This document shows positions 62,240-64,000 of a DNA stretch of 64,000 bases, in pieces (within the stretch, counting starts at the first letter, position 1; each line of letters opens with the position of its first letter). Source of the stretch: Senegalimassilia sp. (GTDB taxonomy: Bacteria > Actinomycetota > Actinomycetes > Actinomycetales > Bifidobacteriaceae); assembly GCA_963619615.1 (NCBI GenBank), contig CAVEXE010000005.1, forward strand, positions 21,647-85,646, in the 5' to 3' direction. The notes under the pieces are model-generated. The model was given only the letters and a program-made list of their open reading frames with translations, was not told where the DNA came from and searched no databases. The position numbers were made by a program, and so were the translations under genes.

Positions 62240-62500
62240 TCAGAGAGCGTTGATGGCCACAGCGAGACCGGACTTGCGGTTTGCAGCCTGGTTCTTGTGG
62301 ATCACGCCGGCGCCAGCAGCCTTGTCGAGCTTCTGAGCTGCGACCTTGTAGGCGGCTTCGGCAGCGGACTTATCGCCAGCGGCGATGGCTTCGCGGGTAG
62401 CGCGGACGGCGGTCTTCAGACCGGACTTCACGGCCACGTTACGCTTGTGGGCCTTCTCGTTGGTGAGAACGCGCTTCTTCTGCGACTTAATGTTTGCCAC
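62240..62500 (-). CDS. rpsT: 30S ribosomal protein S20
   Basis: [30 protein letters not shown] start after GGAG. Confidence 0.96.
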   Translation of the reverse strand: MANIKSQKKRVLTNEKAHKRNVAVKSGLKTAVRATREAIAAGDKSAAEAAYKVAAQKLDKAAGAGVIHKNQAANRKSGLAVAINAL

Positions 62501-62656
62501 TATTACTCCAAACGACGTTTTCTATAAGGACATACAAACGAAGATGATAACATGGCACGCGGATAAATCGCCAACGGGCCTGTGAGTGTCGCGGCACGCA
62601 CTGCCGACGGTAACGGATAGAATCGTTTGCGTTGAATATTTCAGGAGGAGGTTGGC

Positions 62657-64000
62657 GTGGGCCAGCAGCATAACCAGCCCGGTTTCACCGATCAGTCGTT
62701 GATTCGCAATTTCTGCATCATCGCGCATATCGACCACGGAAAGTCGACGGTGGCGGACCGTATTCTGCAGCTCAGCGGCATTGTACCGGAACGTGAGATG
62801 CGTGACCGATTCCTCGACCGCATGGACATCGAGCAGGAACGCGGCATCACCATCAAGTCGCAGGCCGTGCGCGTTCCCTGGACGTTCGACGGCGTCGAAT
62901 ACACGCTCGGCATGATCGACACTCCGGGGCATGTCGACTTCACCTATGAGGTCTCCCGTGCCCTTGCGGCATGCGAGGGAGCGGTGCTGCTCGTCGACGC
63001 CACGCAGGGTATCGAAGCGCAGACGCTGTCGAACCTGTATATGGCCATCGACCATGACTTGGCCATCATCCCCGTGCTGAACAAAATCGATCTTCCCAGC
63101 GCCGAGCCCGACAAGCATGCGGAGGAGATCGCCGGTCTGATCGGCTGCGATCCCTCCGAGGTGCTGCGTGTGTCCGGCAAGACGGGAGAAGGGGTCGCCG
63201 AGCTGCTCGACCGCATCGTGACCGACATTCCCGCGCCGAAAGGAGATGCCGACGCGCCCGCCCGCGCGCTGATCTTCGACTCCGTCTACGACTCCTACAG
63301 GGGAATCGTCACCTACATCCGTATGGTCGACGGTGAACTGCGTTCCCGTGAGAAGCTGCACATGATGGGCATCGGCATGACGCATGATCCGATTGAGATC
63401 GGCGTGATTAGCCCGGATATGATGCCCACCAAGGCCCTTGGCGCGGGCGAGGTCGGATACGTGATCACCGGCGCGAAGGACGTAAGCCAGTCCAAGGTGG
63501 GCGACACGATCACATCCGCCGTGAAATCGGCCACGGAACCGCTCAGTGGTTACAGGGATCCGCAGCCGATGGTCTACGCGGGCCTGTTCCCGATCGACAA
63601 CGCGCAATATCCGGAATTGAGGGAGGCGCTCGACAAGCTCAAGCTCAACGATGCCGCGCTCATCTACGAGCCCGAGACCTCCGTGGCGCTAGGATTCGGT
63701 TTCCGGTGCGGCTTCCTCGGACTGCTGCACATGGAGATCGTGACCGAGCGTCTGAGCCGTGAATTCAATCTTGACCTGATTTCCACGGCTCCGAACGTTC
63801 CTTACGAGGTCACCGCGGAAGACAACAGTGTGCACCGTGTGACCAATCCGAGCGAATTCCCGGAAGGCAAGATCAAGAAGATCGTGGAGCCCATGGTGGC
63901 GGCCGACATCATCACGCCGAAGGAATTCATCGGCGCGGTCATGGACCTGTGCCAGGACCATCGTGGTCAGATGGGAACCATGGAGTATATCTCCGCCGAC
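62657..64000 (+). CDS. lepA: translation elongation factor 4 (LepA), 3' truncated by window
   Basis: From GTG 62657 (after AGGAGGAGG): [46 protein letters not shown]; missing from the ORF track because no stop codon falls in the window. Confidence 0.96.
   Translation, partial: MGQQHNQPGFTDQSLIRNFCIIAHIDHGKSTVADRILQLSGIVPEREMRDRFLDRMDIEQERGITIKSQAVRVPWTFDGVEYTLGMIDTPGHVDFTYEVSRALAACEGAVLLVDATQGIEAQTLSNLYMAIDHDLAIIPVLNKIDLPSAEPDKHAEEIAGLIGCDPSEVLRVSGKTGEGVAELLDRIVTDIPAPKGDADAPARALIFDSVYDSYRGIVTYIRMVDGELRSREKLHMMGIGMTHDPIEIGVISPDMMPTKALGAGEVGYVITGAKDVSQSKVGDTITSAVKSATEPLSGYRDPQPMVYAGLFPIDNAQYPELREALDKLKLNDAALIYEPETSVALGFGFRCGFLGLLHMEIVTERLSREFNLDLISTAPNVPYEVTAEDNSVHRVTNPSEFPEGKIKKIVEPMVAADIITPKEFIGAVMDLCQDHRGQMGTMEYISAD

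Overview
High-GC Actinomycetota chromosome segment, almost certainly Bifidobacterium. The xfp-pta-ackA bifid-shunt locus, aroK-aroB fusion, split pntA and stand-alone rpsD support this; I cannot assign the species from sequence alone. Most of the window is core genome: xfp (3' end), pta, ackA, xpt, pcrA, an ABC cassette, rpsD, alaS-ruvX-mltG, aroC-aroKB-aroQ, pyrG, an L,D-transpeptidase, sufBDCSUT, glgC, a TrmH methylase, tRNA-Leu(GAG), rsmE-hit-phoH-ybeY-corC-era, fadD, pntA1A2B, rplY, ilvE, rpsT and lepA (5' part). About 15 kb between pntB and rplY (43.8-59.0 kb) looks accessory. It holds an orphan gene behind a DnaA-box cluster, GH31 plus LacI, a MATE pump, an aldo/keto reductase and cupin pair, and an alpha/beta hydrolase. 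It also holds the most unusual system here: a PucR-family regulator divergent from a class III aminotransferase, a cytidylate-kinase-like protein, and one 890-aa polypeptide fusing an APC amino acid permease to a complete iron-containing alcohol dehydrogenase. This is a candidate import-transaminate-reduce pathway for amine nitrogen scavenging. Other leads are structured leaders upstream of rpsD and rplY, a 14-nt complementarity between the rpsD 3' UTR and the rpsT 5' UTR, and a [G/S]Y[G/S] low-complexity tract in PcrA. I saw no CRISPR array, transposase, integrase or rRNA. All product calls come from motif recognition by eye, not database searches.
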